The position numbers and the translations under genes were made by a program. Source: Polymyxa betae A26-41 (taxonomy: Eukaryota; Protista; Endomyxa: Phytomyxea). Taken from it: a DNA stretch of 64,000 nt. Shown here piece by piece: positions 37,836 through 50,470 of the stretch. The notes under the pieces are model-generated. The model saw nothing but the letters and a program-made list of their open reading frames with translations. It ran no database searches and was not told where the DNA came from. The stretch's first letter is position 1, and each line of letters starts with the position of its first letter. The stretch spans positions 17,481 through 81,480 of the forward strand of contig RBZT01000680.1 in assembly GCA_003693705.1 (NCBI GenBank), written 5' to 3'.

Positions 37836-40800
37836 TAGGCTGATTCGACGTTTCCTTCCAGAAGCGTTTTGGTGTTTGACAAAGACACATCGTTTTTCGT
37901 TTATTGTTTTCACTTTGGTTCCGTTATACCGCTACGTGTAACGTAAGTCTTCTATAATTCTGCAATACTGCGCCTCTTGCTTGGTCAGTGCTTTCATCAC
38001 GCATTTTTTGGTTCCGTTACTAGTACGTGTAACGTAATTCTGCTTCATTTCAGTCTTTTGAGTCTTTCCTATTTATCACTCAGCAGTGAATTTTGTTGTT
38101 TTCCTCAACATGAATCGTTTCCAATTTTCTCTCGTCACCACACCAAAGCCTTTTATTTATGATCGGCCGTCTATCATCTCGTTTCTTCAAGACTGGAGTC
38201 AGTACAAGTCCGACGTCGCTCGTCTTAATTCGTCTCTTTCCAATGAGACTTCTGTCCAATATTCGGCCGTCCCAATGCGCGATTGCATTGAACCATCGCT
38301 CCTATATACATTATGCGTTTATGAGATGGGACTTGCCGAAAAGAAGGTTTCAATAGTTCCTGATGATGAACTGCAAATTCATCTGAAGTCGCAAGTTGAT
38401 GAAGTTGTTGCTGTACCGGTTGATTCCAAACTGCTGTTCAAATCTCTTCGTTTTGTTCATTATGATGCTCCAATGCGTCCATGACATTTTCGGTCACTGT
38501 CACTCAATCATCGATTCCTATGGGTTGGCTTCTCTCTTCGAGGCGTACTCAGACCTTCGGACAAAACAGATCGACGCTATTATTTCTGCTGTGTATCCGG
38601 AAGCTTTGCGTAACTCTCTCCGCAACCGCCTAAATTTGGACAAGATCGATCACCGATCTGATTTATCAAAATTGTTCAAATTTATGGTTGAGACGCTAAG
38701 AAGCTTCCGTCTTTTTAATCCTGTCCCGACCTCTGAGTCACCTCCTGCGATTACACTCCCTGGAACGATTCGGCCGTCCACGTCGTCTGTTGTCCGGGAA
38801 CCGCGTCAGTTGCGCTGTTTCCACTGTAAAGAGTCTCATCACGTCAGGGATTGCCCGTCTTGTACCCCGGACGAGGCCGCGCGCCTTATGAGTGATTTCA
38901 CTGCGCGCATCCGCACTACAGTTTCTTCTCCGGGCTCGAGATCCGGACCTTCCGCAGGCCCCGCTCCGGTGACCCCATCTCGGGGCTCTGCTCAGCATCG
39001 GTCTTTTGCATCGCCTACGCTTGCCTCCATGGCCTCGGCGCGGCCTCCCTTACGGTCTCCGTCTGGGAACTCGTCCCATTCTGCCTCTGGTGCCGCTTTC
39101 TCTAGCGGGACCAGCACGACTGGTGCCCGCGTTAGTCGCGTCTCCGCCGATACGCATATTTCTTCATACTGGAATAAGCCTAAAGTTCCGGTTTCTCCAT
39201 GTATTGAAGTCATTTAGAGTACTCCGCTGAATTCTCCCTCTGATCCGCATACAGCTGACGTTCCCCGCGTTAATCAAGTTTCTCGGGATTGTATTATTCG
39301 AAATTGAGAAAATAACGTTGGTGCGCGTTTACACTCGGTTCAACTCGAGATCAATTCCCAGTTTTTCGAGTTTTCGGCCGCATTAGATGACGGCGCCGAC
39401 ATCACTCTAATGGGATCCAGCGTCTGGGATTCTATTGCAGACTCCGGCCTCATCACCGAGAATGTTCAAGTGCCCTTCAAGCTAGCTGACGGTTCTCCGG
39501 CCGTCGCGACACGCGTTGCTTCCGTCGATATGCATCTTCATACATTGGCTGGTCCCGTGATAGCTCGGGGTCAGCAAGTGTATATTGCTGACCTCACTTT
39601 ACCTGATATCCTACTTGGTCGGCCGTTACTTCTGTCACTGGGTATCGACGTCGAGCAGCAGCTGTGTGATCTTGCTGTGAGACCAGATGACGCTCCTGCT
39701 GCGCAATCATTCGATGACCGTGATAGTTTCGGATGCTTTGAATGAGGCTGTCGCTGCAGCCTCATTTCATGCTCCACCTTCTTTAATTCATGAACTTAAT
39801 GCTCTGCTTTTTGACTACATCGATGTTTTTCGCGTTAAGTTAGGGTAGAAATCACGAGTTTTCGTGTGAAGATGAGCCCAAAAGTCACGGTTAAGAGCCT
39901 TGCGGGGTAACCTGGCTCACTCTAGAGCTGCTGAGAATCGCTGCGCGGGGGAGGCAACGATCCTGACGGCGACAACTCGTTTCTACGTACGTGACTGCTG
40001 AGCAGCTGTAGCGTTCTTCAGTGGCAGTAGCTACGATCGCTGGAGACGGCGGAGCCCAATATTTCAGTTTGATTACGGATTATTAAATCCATCTTCTTCT
40101 TGGGCTTCTCCGGCATTTTGTGTGCCCAAACCTGGCTCTAATCGATCTTTGCGTTCCGTGTGCGACCTCCGTATACCGATCTCCATGATGAAACGCCTTT
40201 CGTACCCCCATGCCGCAATTGTTATCGTTAGGCAAATACCTGTCCGAATCGAGCTGTTTCTTCACTCTTGATGTTTTCAAAGGTTTTTGGCAGATTCCGA
40301 TTGCTGGAGACATCGAAAGCCAGTCAATGCTGACCCCAATCGGCATCTTCACGCCCAATCGTCTTCCTCAGGGAACGTTAATTCAGTTTTTATTTTTCAA
40401 CACGTTATGGACACAATTTTTCGGCCATCTTTGTCGTGCCGTGAATTGGTGATTTGGATCGATGATCTCTTCGGTCACGCTCCGGACCCGGCTTTTTTGC
40501 TTCACATTCTTCGAACAGTTTTGCAATTATGTCGCCAGTTTCGCCTGAAACTCAATGCTGCACGCTGTAAGTTTTTCCTTCGAGAGGCAAAGTGGTGCGG
40601 AAAGATACACTTCGAAGGCGGTTGGAATCATGACCCTGCTCGTACTGCGGCTCTTCAGTCAATGGATGAACCGCGAACTGCCGCTGATCTCATGCAGTTT
40701 CTCTGTGCATGTACATGGTTTAGCCCACATATTCCAGATTTCGCGCGCATTATCCAACCATTGCGTAACTTGCTGGAATCTCTACTTAAGCAAAGTAAAG

Positions 40801-42908
40801 ACCGATCCAAGAATTCAGCACGACGTGTTCTTATTTCGTCTGATCTCTGGGATGATTCGGTATCTTCTGCTTTTACTGATATGTTGACAGCTCTGAATCA
40901 TTCTGTGGCTTTGTCACATCCTACAGCTGGGATGGAACGTTGTGAGTTTCACGATGCTTCTGGGGACTTTTGTTCTATTATTATCACTCAGGTGTCACCG
41001 GAAGAGCTATCAAAGCCTGTCGCGGACCAGCGTCACGAGCCACTTGCTTTCTACAGCAAACCATTTTCCGGCCCCGCTGCTCGCTGGTCTGTGCCCGAAA
41101 AAGAAGCTTACGGTCTGATTGAAGCTGTTGACCGTTTTGATTACCTTCTTCTTTTTGATCAACCTTTCCGAATTTTACCGATCACCGGAATTTAACTTGT
41201 ATTTTTAATCCGCAATGCTCTTCTGTTCCTTCAAAGCGTCCTTCTATCTATAAGTTACATCGTTGGAGTTTACTTTTGAGCAGCCTGAACTATATTATTG
41301 AGCATATTCCCGGCCATCTCAATGTCTGGGCCGATATGTTGACTCAGTGGGCTGCGCCTCGCATAATTTCACCGGTCATCCGCCGCGCCATGAAGGTCCC
41401 GGTTGGGATCGTGCAGCCCCTCCAGTCTGCGGATTTTGTTTTCCCGCTTCTGAGCATATCATCGAAGCGCAGCAGGCCGCGTTCCCGGACCCCGCCGGCT
41501 TCCAAAGCGGCCCGCACTTCTTCTCTCTGAATTCTACTGGTGTTTTCATTTCGGGATCCGACATTGTCTGGATTCCTGATGATTCTTCTGAGCTTCAACT
41601 TCGTCTAATGATTGTCGCCCATTGCGGCAGCGCTGGCCACCGCGGCTCTGTGGCAACATATGACGCACTTTCTTCCCGATTTTATTGGACTACTATGCGA
41701 ATTGACCTTGACCTTTTTCTTCAACAGTGTTTACATTGCCTCTCGAATCGAAGCGGAGCTACGGTGCCAAGGCCGTTTGGTGCTAGTCTTGAACCGCAAT
41801 TTCGAAATGCAGTTATTGATTTTGACTATATCTGGGATCTTCTCGTGATGGATATGCACATCTCGTCGTCTGTGATCGACTATCGGGTTATTGCGATTTA
41901 TTCCCCACTCCGACACCCACTGCTCGTCGTACGGCAGAGTCACTTTTGGATTGGTTCTCCCGTTTTGGTATTGCTCCAATTTGGGTGAGCGATCGAGGCA
42001 CACATTTCCTGAACCAGACAGTTGATGAGCTTTCTTCTTTATTAGGTGCCCGTCATCATTTTCATTTGGCCCACTGTCCTTGGACCCATGGTGCTGTTGA
42101 GAATTTAAATCGACAAATTTTGTCAATTTTTCGATCATTATGTTCCGAGTTCCGTCTTGATTTAAAAGATTGGCCTTTTTGTATTTCTCTGGTTCGGTTT
42201 GCTCTTAATCATTCGGTTTCGCCGAACACCAAGCTGGCTCCCATTGAACTTATGACTGGCCTCCCGCCGAGCTCCCCTCTGGATACAATCTGGCATCCTT
42301 TAAGGTCTGAGTTCGTTACGGTCCCTTTGTCTAGAGATCATCTAGACAATCTTGTGTCTGATTTGCGAAATTCTTTATCGCAGATGCATCGCCATACCCT
42401 GGAGATCCGTAATCAGGCGCACTTTCGCGCCAATCGACGCCGTCGCGCACCTTTGGCGAACTTTGCCGTGGGCGATGTCGTGTTATATTCTTCCCACGGC
42501 CCTTCTTCTGAACTTTACCTTCAATGACGTGGTCCAGCACGCGTAGTTGAATGTCGTTCCGAACACATATATTGTATCGAAAACCTGATCACATTGGAGC
42601 GCTTTGAATGCCATGCTCAACGCTTACTGTTTTACTGTGACTCTTCTTTAAATGTTACACAGGACCTGAAGGATCAGATCGCGTTTGACGACAACGGCTA
42701 TGAAGTTGAATCTATTCTCGCTGCCAAACGTGACAAGCGTATTTGGAAAATCCTTGTTCGCTGGCGCGGCCTTTCTCCCGATTATGATTCCTAGGAGACT
42801 TTGTCATCCTTGAAACAAGATGTCCCGTCCATTTGAAAAACTTGCTGAAATCTTCCGGCCTTCCGGAGGCTGCGACTCTGCTGGAACTGCTTCCTCGGGA
42901 GAGGGAGA

Positions 42909-43186
42909 TGTGACGCATATTTTACTGCGTCCTACTGCTCGTAAAACTGCGTATCCCCTTCCTACCTTTTCTTAAATCTTTCTTTATTTTTTTCTTCTGA
43001 CGAATTCTATCACGACCCCACTAATCATCGGTCTCCTTGATTCCACGGTGCCGCCACGGTCTTTACGCAATAATATATTCAATTTCCATTCTTTCTATAT
43101 TTTCCTTCTCGTCTCTAAACGTCGTCCGAACAGCCGCAGTCGGCGGTTCGTGTCGTCGTCCCGACGTCAACTGGAAAGTTGTCACA
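42909..43186 (+). repeat. 3' LTR of gypsy-B
   Basis: TGTGAC...GTCACA termini, preceded by the PPT. Confidence 0.95.
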
Positions 43187-44249
43187 CCACATTACCTTGA
43201 CTATCAGCCAATAAATCATCGGCTCTCGCACAATGTCTTGTTGAATCAGCATCAACAATGTCAGTCCTGTACGAATTGTCCAGTTGATTGTTTGGAATTA
43301 CAGCAGCTACAACGGCAACAAATGATCAATCAGAAACGGATTCTTGAAAATTTCGAAATAGATTCAGATTTTAATATCACACGAATTAATCCATATTTTC
43401 TTCATATTCAGCTCCGAAACCAGTCAACGATTGTAAAAATCCTACCGTTGCTTGCATGATCATTTGTCTCCTGGCTGGCGACGTCAGGATATGGGTATTC
43501 CGGATACCGTCGAACAAGGTGCGCTATCTCCATTATTCGAAAAGATTTCCTATGCAGACGGAGCACATTTGAATGAAAACCCGATATAAATCACCAGAAA
43601 AAACCCAGCTTTGAAACTCCCATCCCCAAACCAATGTATTGCAGAGCTCGATAGTTTGAACAAATTTCGCCTCGATTTGTCGTTTGTACTCTAGAACCAG
43701 TTCTAAAGGTCCCAACAATGCTGTTACTTAAGAAACGGAAGATATATCTCGTTGAATTCGAGCTATGTTCAGCATATCTGCATGTTTTAAGCACAGAACT
43801 AGAGGGTTTTCGCGAGACAAATGAATTCCTATAACGTCAACATCATCGAAGCCGTTATTGGAAGAGCCAGCTCTAGTTACATGTCAGAAAAGCAATCCAT
43901 TCTGTTTGGAAACGAATAATACCGTTGTGATTGGCATTGTCAGGCTGCAAGGTTAGATCAGGTACCTGGTCTCCTGCTGTGTTGGTTTGAATTGCTGTCG
44001 ATAACTGTCCTGCCATTTCTAAAGCTTCCAACATATCTACACCCATGACTTAGATATCGATGAGAGCAGAGAGCAAATGATCCACGAATTTAAACCAGAA
44101 ATATTATCTCAGTTAATCTCTGATCAGTGATCACTCCCTACCTGGAACTCAAATGAGATATGAAAATTTGTCAAAAAATGCAAACTATAATTTAAAACAA
44201 GCGATGTGTTAGTCAATTACCGAATTCAGAATCACTGCCTTCATTGATG

Positions 44250-45830
44250 CCTATGACTGAATTTGTTGGTTCGGTTTGATAATCATCCTCACGATCATTT
44301 TATCCGCTACGTACATTCGCTAATACCAGGTTCCTGGATTGAAAAACATCGTCCTGAGTGCCCGAGGATTCCGTGCCTGAGAAAATTTTTATCAGCCACA
44401 ACTAAATGTTGGTAGGAATCTCCAAAAATCACAAACATAACGTTACCAGCTTCATCATTTGCTGCTTCTTCAACCGATTCTGAACCATCATGTGTTTCAA
44501 ACGCGTTCCTGAAAACAAAACTGTGTAATCGTTTGGAATTAATCCAATGTCAAACGTTGTCATTTCGGAATGTCTAGGCGCACGAGATGGCCCTCCCTGA
44601 CAAGATTGATAGTCTTGAAATTTCCGCTCGGCATGTTTTCGTAGTTTGAAAACGAAATCTTTCAGATTAGGATGATCGCGCCCGATCGCTTCTTTAAATT
44701 CGCGATTATACCTCTCCAGGGGATTGTTTGTCCGGTTGGCCAAACTGGTATTGCTCATCATAATCCGGTGAATGTTCCACTCATCCGGGGAGACTGCTTT
44801 CAGCCATTGCCGTTTAAAGTATTTCCAAAACTGCTGCATTTTAGATTGGTGTTCAAAATCGAGATCGAATTTGAATTCTATATACGCAAGTCCAACCGTT
44901 TTAATTTCTTCAGGAGGAATGATGGTTAATGTTTGTAGCATATCTGTTCGCATCAGTTGCCTTATTAGGCCTTCGTCGAATTTGTATTTGATTAACTTGG
45001 AACGAACAGCCTGTTTCCAGTGAAACAGACATCCAATTATCGAGGTGCTCTGACCAATTACGCCTAAGAAAAGTTTATAAACAGTCCCGACAACAAATAA
45101 TAGGGTTAGGGTTTTATTTACTCTTAATGGAGTTTATGAGTGCCCGCTCAAAATCGCAGTAAACTTGAGCCGGAACAATTTTTGTCCCGATGACAGTCTG
45201 GATTAGATTTAACATCCAGCAATATAAAAATGACGACTTCGCAGTCATTAACACGTAAAAAACAGGAATGTATAGATCTGTTGGACGATCACGGATCATA
45301 AGAATTACGATTTGAGAGTACGGCTGCGGTGTAGGTTTAAACGTTGCATCTATAAACAGATGAACGTTTTCGTTTTTCATCAAATTATAAAGGCCGGGAA
45401 CTCCCCAGCCTGTTAGCCTGTGCCGCTTTACCCCATCAAACACTGGAGTGCTGAATACCAGTAATGGTCCAGATCCGTCAGATAGTAGAGCCAGGTCGAG
45501 TTCCTCAACATCGCGCAGCCTATCTGCTCTTAAACCGCAACATTTGATATACCGGAACCGTTCCATAACTTCTTGTTTCTTCATCATCCGAATCGCCCTA
45601 CCAGAATATGTTTCAGCAATCATTGTTGATACTTGCTGCCAAGCATCAGTTGCAGTTCGGTGACGTTCTGTTGTTGCCATTCGATCCTCCATCAATTTCA
45701 TCTAAAGTTCAAATCAAATCCAAAGACAGTTATTCAAAAGAAATATATCTCATCTGTCACATCCAAAACGTCTGCGGTTTGACGAACACAGGTTTGATTC
45801 TCGGGCAAGCATCCCCTTAGAACCGTGCCA
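44250..45830 (-). pseudogene. MULE transposase with a 58-bp intron (45064-45121)
   Basis: LFIDATFK, YIPVFYVLM, CDFERALIN, GCLFHWKQA, FWKYFKRQW, NRTNNPLERYNR. Confidence 0.9.
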
Positions 45831-46330
45831 TCAGGATTTACAGTAATACTGCCTGGACATGTCGTTGAGCGTTCCAAAGTGGGACGTCGCTTACTGCAAC
45901 GAAAAAACTTGTGTCAAGTTGATCCTGTCTTATTATAAGAGTAAGTAAAGTTTCAGATTGGGATAGAAGGATTAGTAACATTTCGCATATTGGAACGTTA
46001 AAAGGCAACCGCGTTATACAGATTAGCTTTGAAAAACGATCGGACGGGGTACAGATGAGTCTTGGGATATTTATTTGATAATTATAAAAGATGTCAGAAA
46101 ATAGCTCAGGTATTGGAAACAGAATAACGAATATCATGAGTCTACGCACAAGATGAATCGTCACAAAGAAGGCCAATTCGAAGGCCATTAATTGCGAGAC
46201 TTCCATGGAAGGTCATTCCGAAGGCCATTGCCTCTGTCAGAAGGCCAATTAGAAGGCCATTGAAAAGGTGAGCACGGAAGGCCAATACGAAGGCGGAAGG
46301 CCATTCCGAAGGCCAATTTACTTTCTTCCT

Positions 46331-47877
46331 ATCCCAGAGAAGACATCGGTTTTTGCGAGCGATCAATTCGCCCGCTTTTGTCTTCAGTCTTATGTCCGCT
46401 GTAACAGCATCCGTGGACTCGATTTCGGTTTCGTTATCACCGAGTCTGAGCTTGACTGGTGGGTCCAACTTTTCTTTTAATTCGCCTTCTTCACTGCTTC
46501 TTGAGCGATCGTTCTGGGTATGAGGCAAACTTCTGTCGTTCCGCTATCAAGTACAGCTGGCACGTAACTTCCTTCACAAATCCTTGCCAAGACTCTACTA
46601 TTGGCTTCTTCATCACTTCTAGCCATTCTGCACACCAAACATAATCTCCCTTCTTCTGTGATTTATTCAAATTTTTCTTGCGCTCATCTAAGATTTGCGC
46701 TATCGGATCCTTTGACAGATTCTCCGGGCATGCGACTACGTGTGCCCGGGCTTCTTGCAGTGGTAGCATATCAGGTCCTTCCCCCGCTTCTTGTCGATCT
46801 TGGGCGAGCCGCCCCGGTGTTGCGCTCCTGCAGACTCCGTGGAACTACGATTCGACTGCCCTTTCTTTCTTCGGTCGTCCCGAGCTTTGTTTCGGCCGCT
46901 TCGCTGGTCGTACCACTTCGCGACCCTGGACTCCGTACGCATAATTTTTGCCGGCCTCTCATCGACGTCTTCCCATTCGACATGGCTGGTGACCTTGTCT
47001 TTTAGCATGTCCAGGAATTCTTCCGGGCTTTTCTGTAGCCGCTGCTCCTTCACATTGATTAGCTCCTGCAGCTTTTGCCGCAGTTTAAAAGGCCGAACTG
47101 CAGCGAGGAGGAACTTCACTTCCAGTTTTCTCCCTTCTCGCCCTTCACCAAGTCCATGACACGGCCGAATGGGGATCCTTCTGTGTGCATCTGTAGCTTG
47201 CGCATTTCCTTGACCATGTCGGGTCCATGTAACCGATCACGATCCATTAAACCCGTTAGGGCCCGGAACAACTCCGCAGCCGAAACTTCTTCTACGGGCT
47301 TCTTCAACTCGTACTTGCAGATAGCCGTTAATAGGCTAGGCTTCAACATTGTCTTCAAGGGGCGTGGCTCCATTCCATCGGCCCCAGCTTCTTCAAACAC
47401 GGCCAGGTAGTTCTTATAGTTGGCCATGAACTTGACCAGATCTTCTCGGTCGCACTTCTCCAGCTTCGGCGCCTTGTTGATTTCAAACGCCATTGTTGAT
47501 ATTTTGTTCTTTTGTGTTGGCTCTTCATGCTGTTCGGAACTGGAACTTGAGTCTTCGTCGTTGTTTTTTTCGGCTTCAACGATCGTGTCCTTGAGGTGAG
47601 AGATGTCTTCTCTATTCTCTGCCTTCTGTTCTTTGTTCTTTCGGAGAGTGCTTGAAGATGCTCGACTCGCCATAGTGCAGTTAAAGAATTCTTTATAGCA
47701 CTTCTACTAAAACAAGATAGTTGTTGGAGTTAGTGCGGTAAAATCGTAATGCTGTTTTAATAAACTGTAATTCCTCCAGGGTAGTTTCGCGGTCCGTGAC
47801 GCAATTCCGACGGAACGTGATTCAAGGCTTGGGCGCCTTCAGCTTCCGGCGGTCTTGACTTGAAACCCTTATGTTAC
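46331..47877 (-). pseudogene. Gypsy-A gag and protease N-terminal part
   Basis: gag from 47673 with CYHCKKPGH knuckle; VLDSGTT protease motif; joins in frame to 36548. Confidence 0.85.
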
Positions 47878-48272
47878 CNNGTATTTATTACTTCATTAGG
47901 AAAAAATATAAGTTGATACTACCGCTCGACAACAGAGTTTCGCTTCATATAGCTATTTTAAAGTATCAGTCTTATATCTACGATCCTAGCAAGTATAATA
48001 TAGTGTGAACGAATATTCAATTTATTCTTCGCTGGTTTTTCCCACTTATATTGTTCAAGAAGCTTTTTTTGCTCCATAGGAAGGGTCGCTGAGGACAGGC
48101 CTTCATATGATGGACAGATATATGGCACTTTAGAGCAAGTACAACGGTGTGTGCTAAATTCCGTGAGGTAGAGCCTCAATAACACACCAAATATCGTATG
48201 AAAAAGTGCGGGAGACTAGGAGCTCCCAGCGGTGCTTGCAGGTCCTTCAGTATGTTATACTCATTCTTCAAA

Positions 48273-49497
48273 ATGTCGGTTCCCCAGCAGCAGATGCTGG
48301 CGCTCTTTGCTCAGTATACAATGGGGTTGGCCCAGGAATGTGAGGCGGAGCTTCCCTCATGCTCATCCATCTCTGCGGACAGCGATGAAGACCTCTTCAT
48401 CGATATTCGACCTCGGAAAAAACGCATTCCGAATCGAAATAGGCAACGAGTTTTGTATTGGAAACTTTTACTTTAAGATTATTGGGGACCACAACCAATT
48501 TATTCAGAAGAGCAGTTCTGCACCCGTTTTCGGATGCCTCTGGAACTTTTCGATATAATAGAAAATGAATTAACGTTACGAAACAATTATTTTGTTCAGT
48601 AACGTGACAGCACTGGGCTTCTAGGATTTACACCCAAGCAAAAGATTGCTTGTAGTATCAGGACTTTAAACAAGTGGCGATTCGGCAGAAGAGATGGACG
48701 ACAAGTTCTGGATGGGCAAGTTTACGACCCTCTTAACTTTGAAATTGTTTTGTGAATCCATTAACGACATTTTTGCTAATTCGCTACGTCACCCAACTGT
48801 CGCCGATATTGACAGACTTCTGGATGAGAATAAGGCTCAGGGATGGCCTGGGTGTCTCGGTAGCATCGATTGCATGCATTGGCAATGGAAGAATTGCCCA
48901 AGCGCATGGTCGGGCCAATTTAAGGGGAAGGAGGGATCACCCACTATCGTTCTAGAGGCCATTGCTAACTCAAAACTGCCGATTTTGGCATTTCTTTTTC
49001 GGTGTTCCTGGTTCCTTGAACGACATCAACGTTCTTCAACGGTTATTCAATATTTTTGAGAAAGTTTCCCCTGAAATATCATTTTAGGACCGACCTGTTC
49101 CACCAAGCAATGAACAGAGAATCTCCTCAGGTCAAATTTTCCGTTAACGGTCATGAATACTCTCAAGGTGACTGGTTAGCCGATGGGATCTACCCTACCT
49201 ATCAATGCTTTGTGAAAAGCATCCGGGTGCTCAAAATATGAAAACAAAAGATTTTAACAATACCAGGAAAACATGAGGAAAGACATTGCACGGGCCTTTG
49301 GAATCCTTCAACGACGGTTCCATATTCTTACAAAACCGTGTGAATTACGGGACCGGGATGCCATGAAAATGGTCATAAAGTCCTGCGTCATATTTCACAA
49401 TATGATCAACGATTTTGAGATCCTATGCAGTTTCGTTTTTGATGTCTCGGATCCCAGCTCACACTTTTGTACACAGGAAAATGGAATCGATCCCAAT
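48273..49497 (+). pseudogene. PIF/Harbinger transposase (plant transposon protein type)
   Basis: FCTRFRMP, GWPGCLGSIDCMHWQWKNCP, PGSLNDINVL, WLADGIYP, RKDIARAFGILQ, CVIFHNMI. Confidence 0.9.
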
Positions 49498-49499
49498 TA

Positions 49500-49590
49500 C
49501 CGTAGATCCCGGGGAAATAGCCACCCCGACCAAATAGCCACTACCAATGCTGATGAAACGTGCGTAGTGTCGCGGAGATAGTGTAACATT
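49500..49590 (+). repeat. Extra copy of the pogo element left end
   Basis: TA + CCGTAGATCCCGGGGAAATAGCCAC...; about 85 bp near-identical to 49909-49995. Confidence 0.9.
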
Positions 49591-50040
49591 AATGGGCAGT
49601 TTTATGTCCATTAAGGAGTATCAACCGCCAACAGGAGGGACGTCCTCAACTCCAACAAAAAAAGGGCCTAAAACCAAAGCCCAAACTCTCAGTGAGCAGG
49701 CTGATTCTATATCCAAAATCAGCGAAAGAAAATTATGCTCAGTCCCGCCGAGCTCAAGAGAATTTAATTAAACACCAAACAGATCTGGTGCAACTGCAGA
49801 AATTGAAGCAGGCGTTGGAGCTTGGACTCCTCCAGCAGGAGGAGTTCAAAGCAAAGGCTGAGCCTTGCTGTTGTAATTAATAAATTTATTCCAGACTATC
49901 AACACTTACCGTAGATCCCCGGGAATTAACCACCCCGACCAAATAGCCACTACCAATGCTGATGAAACGTGCGTCGTATCGCGGAGATAGTGGAACATTA
50001 CATTTGTCTGTATTTGCCAATACAGAATACATCATCTGTG

Positions 50041-50467
50041 ATGATTGAGTTGTCTGCAAATGTTGAGATCGTTGGTCTCAGGAAAGGGACAAATGGACGT
50101 CAATGTGAGGTCCACCGTGAATGTTGTGGCGTCTGCGTTGTTACAGGGTCTCTGATCCGGTTCAAATTCACCGTTATAGAAAGTGGGTGTTCTAATATTT
50201 GAATTTCATTCCATTGAAAGCGTATCCAGCGGAAAGAGGTTTCGAAGAGGCTGTTTGTGCAGTCTTAATTGCTGACGGAATCGAGAAATGTCAAGACGAT
50301 TTCCTGCCGCGTAGCTGCTTCCCAATACGAAAACGCTTTGTTGATAAATTCGCACAAGTAATTGAGCTTTATGCCGAATCAGAAAACACCCACAAACGGC
50401 GAAAGACGCTCGGAACTGTGGCATGGATTCATGCGTTTTATTGGATTTTATTCCTATTTTTAAATGA
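50041..50467 (+). pseudogene. Accessory protein of the pogo element, HIRAN-like (tentative); intron 50183-50229
   Basis: Splicing GTGGGT...CCAG keeps the frame: VEIVGL..NGRQCEVH.ECCG..EEAVCAV..DG..C..FLPR. One frameshift near the C-terminus. Confidence 0.55.
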
Positions 50468-50470
50468 AGT

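Larger units (their letters stand above)
37564..43186 (+). mobile_element. Gypsy-B chromovirus LTR retrotransposon, near full length, decayed
   Basis: Two ~275-bp LTRs; gag with CFHCKESHHVRDC knuckle; protease LDDGAD; RT LDVFKGFWQ/WIDD; RNase H HDAS..EKEAY; integrase HCGSAGH..CLHC, SDRGTHF; chromodomain; PPT GGGAGAGGGAGA. Confidence 0.95.
36559..46330 (-). mobile_element. MULE DNA transposon with long repeat-array TIRs, carrying the nested gypsy-B
   Basis: 10-bp TSD ATCCCAGAGA (36549-36558, 46331-46340); inverted TGGCCTTC/GAAGGCCA arrays at both ends; MULE transposase inside; excision restores the gypsy-A protease RCLLWD|APSDEIFLG. Confidence 0.85.

Noticed and set aside
27144-47877. One complete gypsy element from 47877 to 27144
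   Set aside because: The putative 3' LTR start (TGTATGGAAT) does not match the sequence upstream of gag at 47.7-47.9 kb. Possible but unproven.
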